Position numbers and translations under genes: made by a program
Shown: positions 1 to 23,097 of the stretch, piece by piece
How positions within the stretch are numbered: the first letter of the stretch is position 1
Layout: each line of letters begins with the position of its first letter
Notes under the pieces: generated by a model
Databases searched by the model: none
The model's input: the letters and a program-made list of their open reading frames with translations, nothing else
Told to the model about the DNA's origin: nothing
From: the human T2T-CHM13v2.0 reference genome, Homo sapiens
Strand: one strand, 5' to 3'
Assembly (NCBI RefSeq): GCF_009914755.1
Contig: NC_060932.1
Length of the DNA stretch: 64,000 nucleotides

Positions 1-343
1 CTGTGGAGGCAGAAGAGCGCCCAGAACAGCACAAGGGACGCATCTGTGGAGCGAGTAATCCTCAAAATGACCACAAGATGGCATCACCGCCCCATGCTCC
101 AAATAAGGAAACTGAGGCCTGGAGCTGGTCCCATAGTCCCTGCTGACCCAGCCACGAGTGGCAGAGTGGGGACCCTCACTCAGGCCTATCAGATCCCAAG
201 GCCCCCACTCTGTTCCCTCCTGTTTCCCTACCCACTTTGGGAACGCCCTCTGGGCAGAGAACAGGGCTGGGAGCCTGTCAGCTCCTGGTCAGCTGACCTT
301 GATGTAGGCGAGAGGGACAGGCCACAGACTTGGCAAGGCGCTA

Positions 344-3825
<3,482 letters not shown>

Positions 3826-3914
3826 TCCCCGTGGCCGCTAGGCAGCCTCAGGCCATGAGCTCAGCCAGGACTCCTGTGCCTGCCCCTCAGCAAGCCTAAC
3901 CCTGCTGGGAGCAG

Positions 3915-3937
3915 GAAAACAAAAGTGAAACTGAAAG
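3915..3937. promoter_or_regulatory. Tandem ISRE/IRF-E at the PARP10 5' end
   Basis: GAAAACAAAAGTGAAACTGAAAG contains overlapping AANNGAAA/GAAANNGAAA cores ~90 nt upstream of the ATG; PARP10 is an established interferon-induced gene. Confidence 0.8.
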
Positions 3938-5076
3938 ACGGAAGGAGGGAGGGAGCAGCTGGGCCCTGGGCGCTGAGGCCTGGGTACTGGGGCTCAGATG
4001 CTTCCTCTCCTGCTGCAGCCTCAACCCCCAGCTGACCAGGAGGTATTGGCCAGGCTGGACCCCTCAGGACCCTCCAGCCAACCCAGCCCAGCCCACCGGC
4101 CCTACCTGGCCCACTCCAGCCCCTGGTTGGCAGGGTAGACAGGAGTGTCCCCTGGTGGCCCTCCACTCCCCTGGCCTCCATGGCCTGAAAATGGCCAATC
4201 ACCCGCCCCACTAAACCCACCAAGGGGCCTGAGTCACTGCCCCTCACTCAGGATCTCCAAGCCTCTGTGTCCATGACACCCTCTGCACACAAAGTGCTGG
4301 GTCTCCAGGCCCGCCCCCGGCCAAGGCTGGCCTTCAACGCCCCCAGCAACCTTCTCAACCCTGCTCCTGGTCCCTCACACCTGCCAGGTGCTGAGCATGG
4401 GCGGTTCCCCACCCTTGGTCTCCAAGAATGTGCATTGCAGCACAGCCTTCCTCCCGCCTCAGGTCTTGCCTGCCCATTCCTGCAGCTTTCTGTCCTGCCT
4501 GCACCTCCCCATCTCACACCATCATTGGCATCGTCACAAGTAACCTCAGAAGGTGACAAGGTAATGGCTCCACTGCATTCCTTGCTGCCGCTAATCCTCA
4601 CCACAGAAAGGGAAACGGAGGTGCAGACAGGCCCATAGCAGCACCAGGCCTCAAACCTGGGCGGTGCCTTCAGAGTCCACACTCCCACTCGCCACAGATC
4701 TCCCACATCACCCAAGCTCCGTTTGCTTCCAGCCTTTCAAAGAGCTGTGGCCACTACCACTCTCCATCTCCTACTTCCCACTCACCCCTCAGCCCACCAA
4801 AACCCAGCCCCACCCCTGCTGTTCCTCCCTCCAGGGAGCTGAGGACCCTGGCCAGCCTGCACTCCTAGCCCTGCACATGCCACACCTCTGCTGCCCCGAC
4901 CCTGGTCCCAGCCTCCAGCATCTCTCGCTAGGTAGCTAGGCTAACCTCTTAACTAGTCTCTGTCTGCCACTCCCATGGTGGGTCCTCAACAGAGGTGTCA
5001 GGGTGAGCCTTGTAAAATGACACCAGCAGCTGCTACAGCTCCCAGCATCAGCAACAGTAGAAACCAAAGTCCTGGG

Positions 5077-5466
<390 letters not shown>

Positions 5467-5615
5467 TCAGAGGGCTCCAGGCTCTCAGCTCTTCCTGCAG
5501 AGCTACAGGCCACTCCTGCCTCAGTAGCCTGGGACTGGCCCTTCCCTCTGCTTGGCCCTACCTTCCCCACAAACCCCCATGGCCACCCCTCTGGCATGAT
5601 CTCCCTTACTCTGCC

Positions 5616-5915
5616 TTTTTTTTTTTTTTTTCTGAGACGGAGTTTCGCCCTTTCACCCAGGCTGGAGTGAAGTGCCGTGATCTCGGCTCACTGCAACGTC
5701 CACCCACTGGGTTCAAGTGATTCTCCTGACTCAGCCTCCTGAGCAGCTGGGATTATAGGCGCCTGTCCCCATGCCCAGCAAATTTTTGTATTTTTAGTAG
5801 AGATGGGTTTTCACCACGTTGACCAGGCTGCTCTCGAACTCCTGACCTCAGGTGATCCACCCACCTTGGACTCCCAAAGTACTAGGATTACAGGCATGAG
5901 CCACCGCGCCCAGCC
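5616..5915 (-). mobile_element. Alu (AluS-type)
   Basis: Poly-T then reverse Alu dimer; TSD CCCTTACTCTG. Confidence 0.93.
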
Positions 5916-6060
5916 CCTTACTCTGTTTTTAAAGCAGATTTAACATAAATCTAAAAACACTTAGGGACTCTGCCTACATGACCCCTCCTGAAGCCCTTTA
6001 CTCAACTTTGTACTCAGCATTTTACTTTATTTATTTAATTTTTAAAAATTTATTTATTTT

Positions 6061-6965
<905 letters not shown>

Positions 6966-7570
6966 AGCATTTTATTTTTCTTAAAGGTCTCTCAAATTTT
7001 GTGAGCTTCTGCTTCTACAAAGGTAGAAGTTACCTTCTACAAGGGTAAATCCATCCCTGCTTTTTCCACGTTTTCTCTAATGGAACTCATCACAGGTTAT
7101 CCATTACGCCGACCCTGGCTGCAGAGGGCCTGCCACAGGCACCACTCACACCACAAGCAGACTGGTACAGTTTCGGGAATTTCTGTGGACTGGTTGTCCA
7201 GCTGGGGGTAACTTGAAACCAGCCCCGGTGGAGTATTCACACCACGCGCATGTGCAAAACACGCACCCCAGGCTTCCCCTCACTAGGTCCGGCTGCTAAA
7301 CACTGCGCCAGCGCACCATAGGTGCAGGACTCAGAGCGGCCTGGGAGAGGCCGGCCCTCCAAGGGCGGGAGGGCAGGTGGGGTCTGGGCCCCGGGTGGGA
7401 AGGCTGGCAGCAGGATGTACCCTGCCTGTGTCAGTCACTGCTCCCCCAAGAGGACTTGGGAGCTAAGCAGGGAGGTGGCCTGGCCTCCAGTCCTGCTGCA
7501 TCCCCAAGCCTCAGCCCCTCGCAGCTTGTGAGGACGTTAGGCAGACAAGCGAGCGTTCAGGGTCTCTAGT

Positions 7571-7815
7571 GTGAAAACAAGACATCGTATTTGTTAGTAC
7601 AAAGGGTGACTGTGGTCAAGAATAATTGTACATTTTAAAACAACTCCAAGAGTATAACTGGATTGTTTGTAACACGAAGGACAAAATGCCTGAGCTGATG
7701 GATACCCCATTTACCTTGATGTGATTATTATCCATGGCATGCCTGTATCAAAACATCCCATGTAGCCCGTAAATATACACCTACTATGTATCCACAAGAA
7801 TTAAAAAAATAAAAA
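7571..7815 (+). mobile_element. 5'-truncated L1 (L1MA-type 3' end) with intact TSD
   Basis: L1MA 3' UTR text (gatggataccccatttaccttgatgtgattatt), A-tail, perfect TSD AGGGTCTCTAGT at 7559-7570 and 7816-7827. Confidence 0.88.
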
Positions 7816-7959
7816 AGGGTCTCTAGTAGCAGGCCTGGCAGAGTTTGGGCTGACAGAGCAAATGGGGCAATTAAACCACGAGGCCTCGATTTGGGAACTA
7901 AAGGATTAGGCTTCTTGATTTGGGAGAGATCTGGATGAAAAGAAGTGAACGTCGGGTTT

Positions 7960-11039
<3,080 letters not shown>

Positions 11040-11590
11040 CCGAGCTCCAGCTCGCTGTGCCCGCTCAGGTGGCACGGCTGGCCTGGACCCTGCCCCTGGC
11101 ACGGCAGTGCCAGCTGTACTTCCCCTCTCTCTTGTCCCCAGGCACAGCCTAGGGAAAAGGATGCCTCTCTCCAACCCTCCTGTATGTACACTGCAGATAC
11201 TTCCATTTGGACCCGCTGTGGCCACAGCATGGCCCCTTTAGTCCTCCCGCCCCCGCCAAGGGGCACCAAGGCCACGTTTCCGTGCCACCTCCTGTCTACT
11301 CATTGTTGCATGAGCCCTGTCTGCCAGCCCACCCCAGGGACTGGGGGCAGCACCAGGTCCCGGGGAGAGGGATTGAGCCAAGAGGTGAGGGTGCACGTCT
11401 TCCCTCCTGTCCCAGCTCCCCAGCCTGGCGTAGAGCACCCCTCCCCTCCCCCCCACCCCCCTGGAGTGCTGCCCTCTGGGGACATGCGGAGTGGGGGTCT
11501 TATCCCTGTGCTGAGCCCTGAGGGCAGAGAGGATGGCATGTTTCAGGGGAGGGGGAAGCCTTCCTCTCAATTTGTTGTCAGTGAAATTCC

Positions 11591-11596
11591 AATAAA
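11591..11596 (+). terminator. GRINA polyadenylation signal
   Basis: First AATAAA seen downstream of the stop codon, ~550 nt away, followed by pyrimidine-rich sequence. Confidence 0.85.
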
Positions 11597-13834
11597 TGGG
11601 ATTTGCTCTCTGCCTTCCCCTGGTCACTCTTCTCCCTGCCACTTTCAACATGAAGTTGGGAGGGGCTCCAGGCCCTCCCTGCTGATGGAGACACAGGACC
11701 AGAAATGAATAGTGGAGATTAATACAGTGCCAAGCCTCTGCCCACACACAGCTACATCATAAGGTGTGTGTTGGGTTCCCAACTGATGGACAGAGACCCT
11801 GGGGTGCCCAGAGTGAGTTAAGCCTGTGCTGGGGTACCCCAATGGTAAGTGGCCTGGCTGTGTCTACCAGGTGCTCCGTGGAGATGGCACGGTATAGCCG
11901 CCTCACTCTTCTGTCGCCTGGGCCAGCGGCACAGGTCATTGGCCTGCCCCAGGGCAGCCTGCCATGCTCCTTGGGCGCTCCTTGGGCCTCCCCAGCTCTG
12001 TGCAGTCCATCTGTGTGGGCACCCTGATATTCCACCCAGGCCTGCCTCTCTCCAGCCTCCCCATGAGAAACACAGGCTGGAGATCCCGTCCAAGAGCTGG
12101 ACAGAGACTGAGGGCTCAGCCATTTGGGCCCCTTGGCCTGCCCAGGCCCGGTCCTTTGGAGCCCTCAGCCCCAGCCTGCAGTGCGTTTCCTGCCCTGTGA
12201 CGCCTGCTGCTCCTGCAGGGGGTCCCTCCATTGCCTGGGACCTGGCTGGTCTGAGCCCTGCTGAGCTCTCACACCCCGCGGCTCTAGGCCCAGAGGCAGC
12301 TTTGGACTTGGATATTCCCACTGCAGCCTCGAGGCTCTGCATGCAGCGTGGCCTGAGGATCTCTCAAGGCCCCTCCCCACTGCCCAGTCAGTCCCCTTAG
12401 CACCTCTGTGTACGAAGCCAGCACCACCCTGATGTCCGCGGGCACCGCAGTTGTGGGGTGCCCAGAGCCAAGCTCATCCTTCCTGAAACCTGCTCCTGCA
12501 TTATCTCCAGGCCAGAGCAGGGGCTGCCCCGCTTCCCTCTCCCTCCCAACCTCCCCTGCCTCACCTGGCCTCCTCGCCTGCCCCGCCCTCCACCAGGACC
12601 CTAGCGGTGTGTTTCTGAAACATCAATCACATCCGTTGCACTACCCGCCTGCCTAAAACCCTCGGTGGTGCCCTCAGGATGAAGTCCACGCTCCTTAGCC
12701 TGGTACGCGGGCCCTGCCATCTGCCCACTGGTGGCTCCAGCTGCCCTCCTGTTGTCCTTTTGCCTCTCAGCCGGGGGCCCTGACCCTGCACAACCTGAGT
12801 CACGAGTGGGCTCCCTGCTGCAGTGCTGTCATTGTTCACAGACAGTCCCTCTGCCAGTGTGGGGACACACACTGCCTTCCCAGCCACGAGGGCACCTCCT
12901 GGAGTCCACCTTGCCCTCTGCAGCGGCTAATCACATGCTGAGCAGCGAGTGGGCCACACGTCTCCCCCTTCCCCCACCTCCCCTTCCGGCTATTTCCTGA
13001 GCAGGTGCAGTTCCTCCTCTGGGTGCCCGCCTGTGCTCCAGCATGCTGAGGAGGAGAAAGAACCTGCCTAGCTCTAGCTCCCAGACCCCTCAGGATTTTA
13101 TACGAAAGAGGAGAATAAAGTGTTTATGTGGCTAACGAGAACGTCAGGGCGGGGGCAGGGGTGGTCTCGGGAGTAACTGCCAAGTGAAATGTGCCAGGAC
13201 ATTGTTTTCTTGAGGAGTTTGAGACGGACACAAACTCTTGGCTGAGAGGGAGAGGCTTTAGTGAGGCTCCCTGGGAACGGCAAGCTCCAGAGGTGTGGGA
13301 CAGGGCCAGGGGGTGGAGGGTCCACAGCAAAGACCCCCACTGCCAGAGAGAAGGCCAGGGCTGAACACAGGAGGGCTTGGGCCTATCCTGCAGGTGAAGG
13401 GCACTCAGGCAGGGGCCACAGCTGGGTTTGTGTTTAGGAAGATGAGTCTGGCAATAGACGGTGCAGGGGAAGTCATGGGGCTGTGAACAGGTGAAGTGGG
13501 CCACAAGGAAGCCATTGAGACATGCCAGAGAGGAGCTGGGAGCACAGACGCCTCCAGAAGCATCGGGAGGTGCCAATTAAGCCAGGCTGGACACAGCCGA
13601 AGGCCAGTGGGATGTGTCTGACAACTGAGAGGTCTGCTATCTGCTGTGTCCCAGCCAGGGAGTGAAATGAGTCCGAGTACGTGGTGATGTGGCCAGGCAG
13701 ATGAATCGGCACGGGGTGCTCACATGGAGTCATGAGGCTGAACGCACCTGTAGCAATTGTGAGGCCACCACACTGATTCTTCAGGTAGAAAGAAGACCAG
13801 TCGCTGACATCTGGGAGCTGATCTGGTCCTATCT

Positions 13835-14405
13835 TGTAGGCCTCAGTGTTGCTAGGAGCTGTCCTGGCACTCACAGATAGAGGCCTTGGTGTTGCTAGGA
13901 GCTGTCCTGGCACTCACAGATAGAGCCCTCAGTGTCTCCTGGTTAAAATTGCATAGAACATCAACATCAGACTACTCTGACCATGATGGATCAATACAAA
14001 AACAAGACCCCTCTGTTATCACTCTGAACACAGACAAAACATGGGCACTGTCCAAGCTGTAAAAAGGGCAAGCAGTGCCCTGTCCCAGCCAGTCTGAGTG
14101 GCTGCTGCCTCTTCACAGCTGACAGCTCTAGCCTGGCTCTAGTCTGTCCTCCTTCCAAATACGATGCATTGAGATTCCCAGTTGCAGAATGACGCCTGCT
14201 TCCTGACAGCACCAATCCAGAGCAGAGTCCCGCTTCCCTAAACCCTCCCCCAGATTACTCAAGCCAAATCCTGTAAGAAGTCCTTTCCAGCACCCTCTTA
14301 ACACGACGCCCCAGGGTGTGGACGCTCCCCCACGATGAGCAGCCACGGGCGTGTTCAAGCATGGGCGTGTCCCCGGGGCTTCACAAGGAGCACTGACACA
14401 GGTCA
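13835..14405 (+). mobile_element. Old ERV-class LTR (MER-type, subfamily uncertain)
   Basis: Resembles recalled LTR consensus text (aacatcagac...gaccatgatggatcaa...cctgcttcctgacagcaccaatccagagc). Confidence 0.6.
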
Positions 14406-16009
14406 CTGACTATATGAAGGCCAAAAAGAGACTTAAATAAAGGAATTTATTTCTCAATCAAAAAACAAGTTATATACGTAAGCAAATATTAAACCCACAC
14501 TTGATTTCAAGATTAAACAACACAGACATCTATGGAACAAAATGTCCAAGTCTCCACCCCATTCCCCACCCTGCAAAGCAACGCTGTCAATCAACGGTGC
14601 CTGCTGAAACCCTAACAGACAGTTGGGGCCAGCTCTGGACCCCAGCTCAGGTGAAACCAGCACGGGAACCCCATTCCACTGCCTCTGGCTAACTGGGGCC
14701 ACTGTTCTGCAGCTCTGGATTGGAAGCACCTTCAGAACAGAGACTGTGCTCTGTGAGTTTTAACATCCAGCCTAGCACCTAGTCCAGGGCCTGGCACACC
14801 ACAGGCGTCAAACGTGAAAGGAAGGAATGACCTTTTCACGGCATGATCAGCATGAATGCTCACTGCCCTCACCAGGCCCAGAGGACGCCATAATCTGCTG
14901 GACCTTGGCTCAACGTCAGCATCTGAGGAGTGCAGAGAGCAACATTAAAGCCCAGGGGATGCAGGAGACACATTTGGGGAAGCAGGTAGAAGAAGGAGAG
15001 GACGCATGGGAGACTCGCAGCGGGCTGAGGAGGCCAGTCGAGGCCATAAGTAAAAAGCTCAAAAGTCTGAACTGTATATTGTAGGCAGTGATCATCCTTG
15101 AGATGGTTTAAGTAGAGGCAGGAAGATCAGTGAAGACTATGGTGATGGTGCAGGCAGGGAGACCCAGACTTGGGGGCAGCGGGAAGGGGGAGGGGAGGGA
15201 CTCCTGGGGGACCTGGTCCCAGCCTTGTAGGCTCTCAAGGTGGCCCCTCCTCCGCCAGGGCCCAGATGCTGCTTCCCAGGCAGCAGGATGGCTTGGCTCA
15301 TGCTGGCATCAAGACACTACAAATGTCTCCCAAATGTCTACTTTGTCTAAGGCTTGTAGGACACACTGAAGACTTTTCAGAATGCCCAAAATGCAAATAC
15401 CACCCCCAACTTCTCAACTCCCATCTCTTCACTGCTGGATAATACCTCTTCTCTCTGCAGGCCCTCCACCCTCTGGACCCACTTCACTCTGTCATCCACA
15501 TCTCTTGCCCTTTCACTGCAACTTCCAAACCCGAGGCTGTCGTGCAACTCCTTCCTCCCAGTCTGGCCAGCTTTTCACTGGTATCCACAGCTTCGTGGGA
15601 GGACTCGAGTACCAAGCTCAAAATCTTCCTCTCTAACCCAAATGCTATCACGACCCTTGGCTATTTCTGGTTCTATCTTCTGAACACTCTCAACTTTGTG
15701 CCCTTCCCTGAAGGCAAGGCCATGATCACCTCTATAGCAACCCCTAATCTAGCCTCAGCACCACAAAGGGATCTTTTTGATGAACAATCGAATAATGTCA
15801 TTCCCCTGCTTAAACTCCTTCACTTCTTTGAAGTTCTCTTTGGAGAACTTCCAGCCAAGACGGTGGACTGAACTGAGTCCCAGGAGTTGGGACCTGAGAT
15901 CCCAACTCCCACTCTTTTTTTTCCCAGCAGTAACTGAAGCAACCAACTCCCACTCTTAACACATAAAATTTGCTACACAAAATTCTTTTTTTTTTTTCCT
16001 TTTTTTTGA

Positions 16010-16285
<276 letters not shown>

Positions 16286-18319
16286 TAGCCAAGACAAAAT
16301 ATTCTAAAACACTTAAATATATGTAGCTGAGCAGGAATGTAATAAATAAATGTAAAGAGAGACCCCTCAACTGTGAGGAAAGAGTTGCAGCTGTGTGATT
16401 CACAGCAGTTGCACTCAGGAGACAGGGATTCTCATTCAGGACCCACCCAGCGAAGGATCACTGGCGAGACCCCAGGCTCTCAGCTAGGAACCTAGAGGGC
16501 TTGGACCAGGGGCAGATGTGAACCAGACAGAGCTTTAGCAAAACTACAACCCAGACTCCGCTCAGCTCTGCCTCTATTGGTTGAAGGTAATCAGACAAGG
16601 CAAGTGCTTTCTGGAAAAAGATATTATCCACCACCTCTGCAATTTTTTATAGACAACACTTGTCATTCAGTTAAAAATTACTAGGCATTTCAAAAGAAAG
16701 GACACTATGACTGAAAACCAAGAGGAAACAGACCCAGAGGTGACTCAAAGATTAAAGACAGCAAATAAGGACTTTAAATAAATATGGTGGATGTTAAGAA
16801 AAATACACATGGAAATGGAGAAGACTGGAAGAAAATGTGGAGAATTTTCCCAGACAATTGGATTTTATAAAAAGAATCAAGGGCTGGCCTTAATCCCAAC
16901 ACTTTGGGAAGCAAAGGCAGGCGGATCACTTGAGCCCAGGAGTTTGCGACCAGCTTGGGCAACATGGCAAAACCCCATCTCTACAAAAAATACAAAAATT
17001 AGCCAGGCATGGTTGTGTGTGCCTGTAGTCCCAGCTACTCAAGAGGCTAAGGCGGGAGGATCACCTGAGCTAGGGAGTTTGAGGCTGCAGTGAGTCATGA
17101 TCACACCTCTGTACTCTAGCCTGGGTGACAGAGTGAGACCCTGTTTAAAAAAAAAAAAAAGAATCAAATCAAGCTTTTCTTTAATTCTTTCTCCTTCCTT
17201 CCTTCCTTCCTTCCTTCTTTCTTTCTTTCCTTCCTTCTTTCTTTCTTGTTCTTTCTGTCTTTCAACAGGGTCTCTGTTGACCATGCTGGAGTACAGCGGC
17301 ACAGTCATGGCTCACTGCAGCCTCAATCTCTTGGACTCAAGATCCTTCCGCCTCAACCTCCCAAGTAGCTAGGACCACAGGCGCTCACTACCACACCTGG
17401 CTATTTTTTTTCTTTTTGAGATGGGGTCTCACTTTGTCGCCCAGGCTGGAGTGCAGTGGCACAATCTCGGCTCACTGCAACCTCCACTTCCCAGGCACAA
17501 GTGGATCCTCCCACTTCAGCTTCCCAAGTAGCTGGGACCACAGGCATGCACCACCACCCCTGGCTAATTTTTTGTATTTTTTGTAAAGATGGGGTTTCAC
17601 CATGTTGCCCAGGTTGGTGTTGAACTGCTGAGCTCAAGTGGTCCGCCCACCTCAGCCTCCCAAAGTGTTGGGATTACAAGCATAAGCCACTACGCTCAGC
17701 TTAATATTTTATTTTTATTTTTATTTTTTGAGGAGACGGGGGTCTCACTATATTGCCCATGTTGGTCTCGAAGTCCTGGCCTCAAGCAATCCTCTTGCCT
17801 CGACCTCCTGAAGTGCTGGGATTACCGCATCCAGACTCAAATTGAGCTTCTTTTTTTTTTTTTTAATTTTTATTTTTTATAGAGATGAGGTCTCCCAAAG
17901 TGCTAGGATTATAGGTGTGAGTCACTGCACTGGCTCGAATTGAGCTTCTTTAATAGAAAAATACAGTTAACTGAAACCAAAAATTCAAGAGACAGGTTTA
18001 AGCAAATTAGAGAAGTCAGAAGTGAACTATTGGTGAACTGGAAGACAGGTCGATAGAAAATATCCTAAAACTCACGAAGAGAATAAAGAGAATGGATAGA
18101 GAACAAAGTATAAGAGAATGTGGGGAGTAGGGTCACAAATACCCTTAATTAGAGTCCCAGAAGGAGTAGAAAGAATGGGGAAGAAGTAATGTCTGAATAC
18201 ATAACGCTTGAAATGTTTCCAAAACCGGTAAGACATCGACCCATAATCTACCAAGACTTGCATAAAAAGAAGGTTATGCTCATCTCATAAAACTCCCCAA
18301 CCATTTTACGAGCCCAGCA

Positions 18320-18735
18320 TTGTGAGGTAAATTGTGCCCCCACCAAATTCATATGCTGAAGTCCTAATCCCCAGTACCTCAGAGTGTGACCTAATTTGGA
18401 AATAAGGTTGTTGAAGATGTAACTGGTTAAGATGAAGTCAACTGCAGTGGGGTGGCTCCCTAATCCAACATAGCTGATGCTTTTATAAAACGGGGAAATT
18501 TGACCACAGACACACACACACAGGGAAAATGCCATGTGGAGATTGGAGGTGTGTTGCCACAAGGAAGGAACTACCAGAAGCAAGGAGAGAGGACTGGAAG
18601 AGATCCTTCCCTAGCACCTGAGGGAGCAAGGCCCTGCAGACACCTTGATCTTAGACTTTTAGCCTCCAGAACTGTAAAGAACAAATATTGCTGTTTAAGC
18701 TATTCTGTTTATGGACTTTACCAATGCTAATAAAC
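18320..18735 (+). mobile_element. MaLR LTR (MLT1-type)
   Basis: aattgtgccccc...tcatatgctgaagtcctaatccccagtacctcagagtgtgacc...gacaccttgatcttagacttttagcctccagaactg. Confidence 0.85.
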
Positions 18736-19067
18736 TAATATACCTAGAACCTGGGAGGCGGAGCTTGCAGTGAGCCGAGATCACGCCACTGCACTCCAGC
18801 CTGGGCGACAGAACTGGACTCCATCTCAAAAACAAACAATAAACTAATACACCTAGTGTAACACTGATACCAAATTCTGACAAGCTCATTAAAAGGAAGG
18901 AAATTTACAAGCCAATATCTCCATAAACATATATGTAAAAAAGCAAAACATTAGCAAATCAGCTGGTCATGGTGGCTCACACCTATAATCCCAGATGATT
19001 GTAATACCAGGCCAAGACAGGATCGCTTGAGCCCAGGAGTTTGAGACCAGTCTGGGCAACGTGGTGA

Positions 19068-19348
<281 letters not shown>

Positions 19349-19615
19349 TGATCTGCCCGCCTCAGCCTCCCAAAGTGCTGGGATTACAGGCGTGAGCCAC
19401 CGTGCCTGGCCTCTAGTTTTTATTTTTTAGACAGAGTCTCACTCTATTGCCCAGGCTGGAGTGCAGAGGCATGGTCACGGCTCATGCAGCCTGGACCTTT
19501 GGAATCCAGCGACGCTCCTACCTCAGAGACCCTCAGCCTCTCAAGTACCTGGGATTACAGGCGTGAGACACAGTGCCTGGCCGAACCTTAGTTTTTAAAA
19601 TATAAATTTAATTCA

Positions 19616-19816
<201 letters not shown>

Positions 19817-20069
19817 TCACTTCAACCCAGGAGGTAGAGGTAACAGTGAGCAGAGGTCACGCCATTGCACACCAGCCTGGGCAACAAGAGCAAAACTCCA
19901 TCTCAAAAAGAGAAGAGAAGAGAAAAGAGAAAAGAAAAGAAAAGAAAAGAAAAGTCTGGGCACAGTGGCTCAAGCCTGTAATTCCAACAGTTTGTCAGGA
20001 GGATTGCTTGAGCCTAGGAGTTGGAGACCAGCCTGGACAACACAGCAAGATCCATCTTTAAATATATAT

Positions 20070-20071
<2 letters not shown>

Positions 20072-20109
<38 letters not shown>
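20072..20109. repeat. (GT)n microsatellite, ~19 units
   Basis: Directly visible. Confidence 0.95.
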
Positions 20110-20111
<2 letters not shown>

Positions 20112-21324
20112 TCTCAGTGTTAATTTTGTTAGACATCATAATGTCATTGTTATGTTAAATATCAAAGTTCTTACCCGTGGAGATACTGAAATACTCATAA
20201 AACAATAAAGTGCCTGGGATTTGCTTTAAAATACTCTAGGGAAAAAAAGGCAAGAGGGAGATAAATGAAGCAAGATTCACAAAATGCTGATAATTGTACA
20301 AGCTGGGTGATGAATACATGTGGGCCCGTCAGGCTATTTTCTCTACTTTTCAATAGGTTTGAAATTTTCCATAATAAAAGATTTTAAATAGAGGCATCTT
20401 AATTTTAAATGTAAATCTCATACCAATTGATCTTTATTCAATGTAAGTCCAATAAAAATCACAATAGGCCAGGCACAGTGGTACATGCCTGCAGTATCAG
20501 CTACTCAGCAAGCTGAGGTAGGAGGATTGCTTCAGCCCAGGAGTTTGAGAACAGCCTGGGCAATATAGTGAGACCCTATCTCCAGAAAAGAAAAAAATCC
20601 CAACATAATTCAATAAGCTGATTCTAAAATTGACATAGAAGAGTAAAAGAACAGGAATACACAAATACTCAGGACACTTCTTCTGAAGAAGATTCTGGAT
20701 GGGGACTAGCCCTGATATCAGGACATATTATAAAACAATAACAATTAAAACAGTGTGGTATTAATGCAAGAATAGACCAAAAGAAAAAAAAAGGAATATA
20801 ACAGAAAAGCTAACAATAGAACCACACCCATTTTAAAGATGAAACTGGGTAACTACTTCAAAATAAAAATCCACCATTGTTGGATGAAGAATATAAATCT
20901 CAAAAGCAAAACTTTACAACTTCTGTCTTGAGACACACGAAAGCACTAATTACAAAAACATTCAACACTATTCAAATTAAGAATTTCTGTTCATCAAAAG
21001 ATACCTTAAATAAAATTGAAAAATAAAAAAATAAGGGAGCCCAAGGTAGGAGGATCACTTGAGTCCGGGAGCTTGAGACCTGCCTAGGGAATATAGCTAG
21101 ACCCCATCTCAAAAACAAATTAATTAAATTGAGAAGACAAGTTAAAAACTGGGAGAGATATTCATAACACATGCAACAGACAATGGATTTCCATCAAAAA
21201 TGTAAAAAGAATTCCTACAAACCAATGCAGGACAATCGATTTTTAAAATAAATATGGAGACTTCTGGCCACAAAGGACTAAGACAGAACCAGGATTTACA
21301 TGGACACTCCACTACAAACAACTA

Positions 21325-21748
<424 letters not shown>

Positions 21749-21912
21749 CTATGATCATCCTGGCTTTCTGCCTAGAGGCACATTTCAGGCCACGTGACAG
21801 AAAACAGTCCCAGGCAAAGCAGTGGCATCTCCCTGAGATAAAAATCAGGTTGGAGAAGCTGAAGAAGCTAAACATAGTTCCAGGACAGAGTTCTAGAAAG
21901 GAGGCAACTCTA

Positions 21913-22089
<177 letters not shown>

Positions 22090-22124
22090 TCAGGTGTGGT
22101 GACACATGCCTATAGTCCTAGCTA

Positions 22125-22454
<330 letters not shown>

Positions 22455-23097
22455 TCAGAAAAAAAAAGAAGAAATCTGCATGGTGTCCCCCTTAAGTCTT
22501 AAGAGACAGAAAGTAGAATGGTGGGGGCCAGGACTGCGGGGAGGGGAAAGCAGGAGTTATTGTTTAATGGGGACAGTTTTCGTTTTACAAAAATTAAATC
22601 ATGACCAGGCATTCACTGGCCTCAGTGCCTACCAGATGTCCTCTGACCCTTAGGACAAACTGAGTGTAGGTGTCATTGTCCCCACGCCACAAGTGAAGTA
22701 GCCCCACCTCCCGGTACCTCACACTGCCAACTCCACGCAGCAGGTGGAAGACTGGGCTAGATTTAAACACCACTCCCCAGGCTAGGGCCTAAACCAAGCC
22801 CCTCTGTCTCCTTCCCTATGTTCACAGAGATTCCTGATGAAAATTCCTTTTTTAGAGTCTATGCTGATTCAGTTGAGCTGAGGGTTGGGGAGAGGACCAA
22901 CTCATTCTCCACTCAGGAACAGATTATATCTGAGAGACAGTGTTTCACAGGTCGGCGCTCAGCTGTGGGGTCCAGCAAGGGTGGGACAGAGGCACCAAGT
23001 CAGACCCAGTGTCCCAGAGCAGGAACAAGGCACAGACTGGGAGCAGGGCAGGCTCCTGGGGTGAATGGAGTGGGCACGGTTGAAAAGCTACCAAGAG

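Noticed and set aside
13114-13119. Distal AATAAA as an alternative GRINA poly(A) site
   Set aside because: A single hexamer is expected by chance and has no independent support.
18748-18856. ~90-bp Alu 3' fragment flanked by TAAACTAATA(T/C)ACCTAG
   Set aside because: Ordinary 5'-truncated Alu insertion with a normal TSD.
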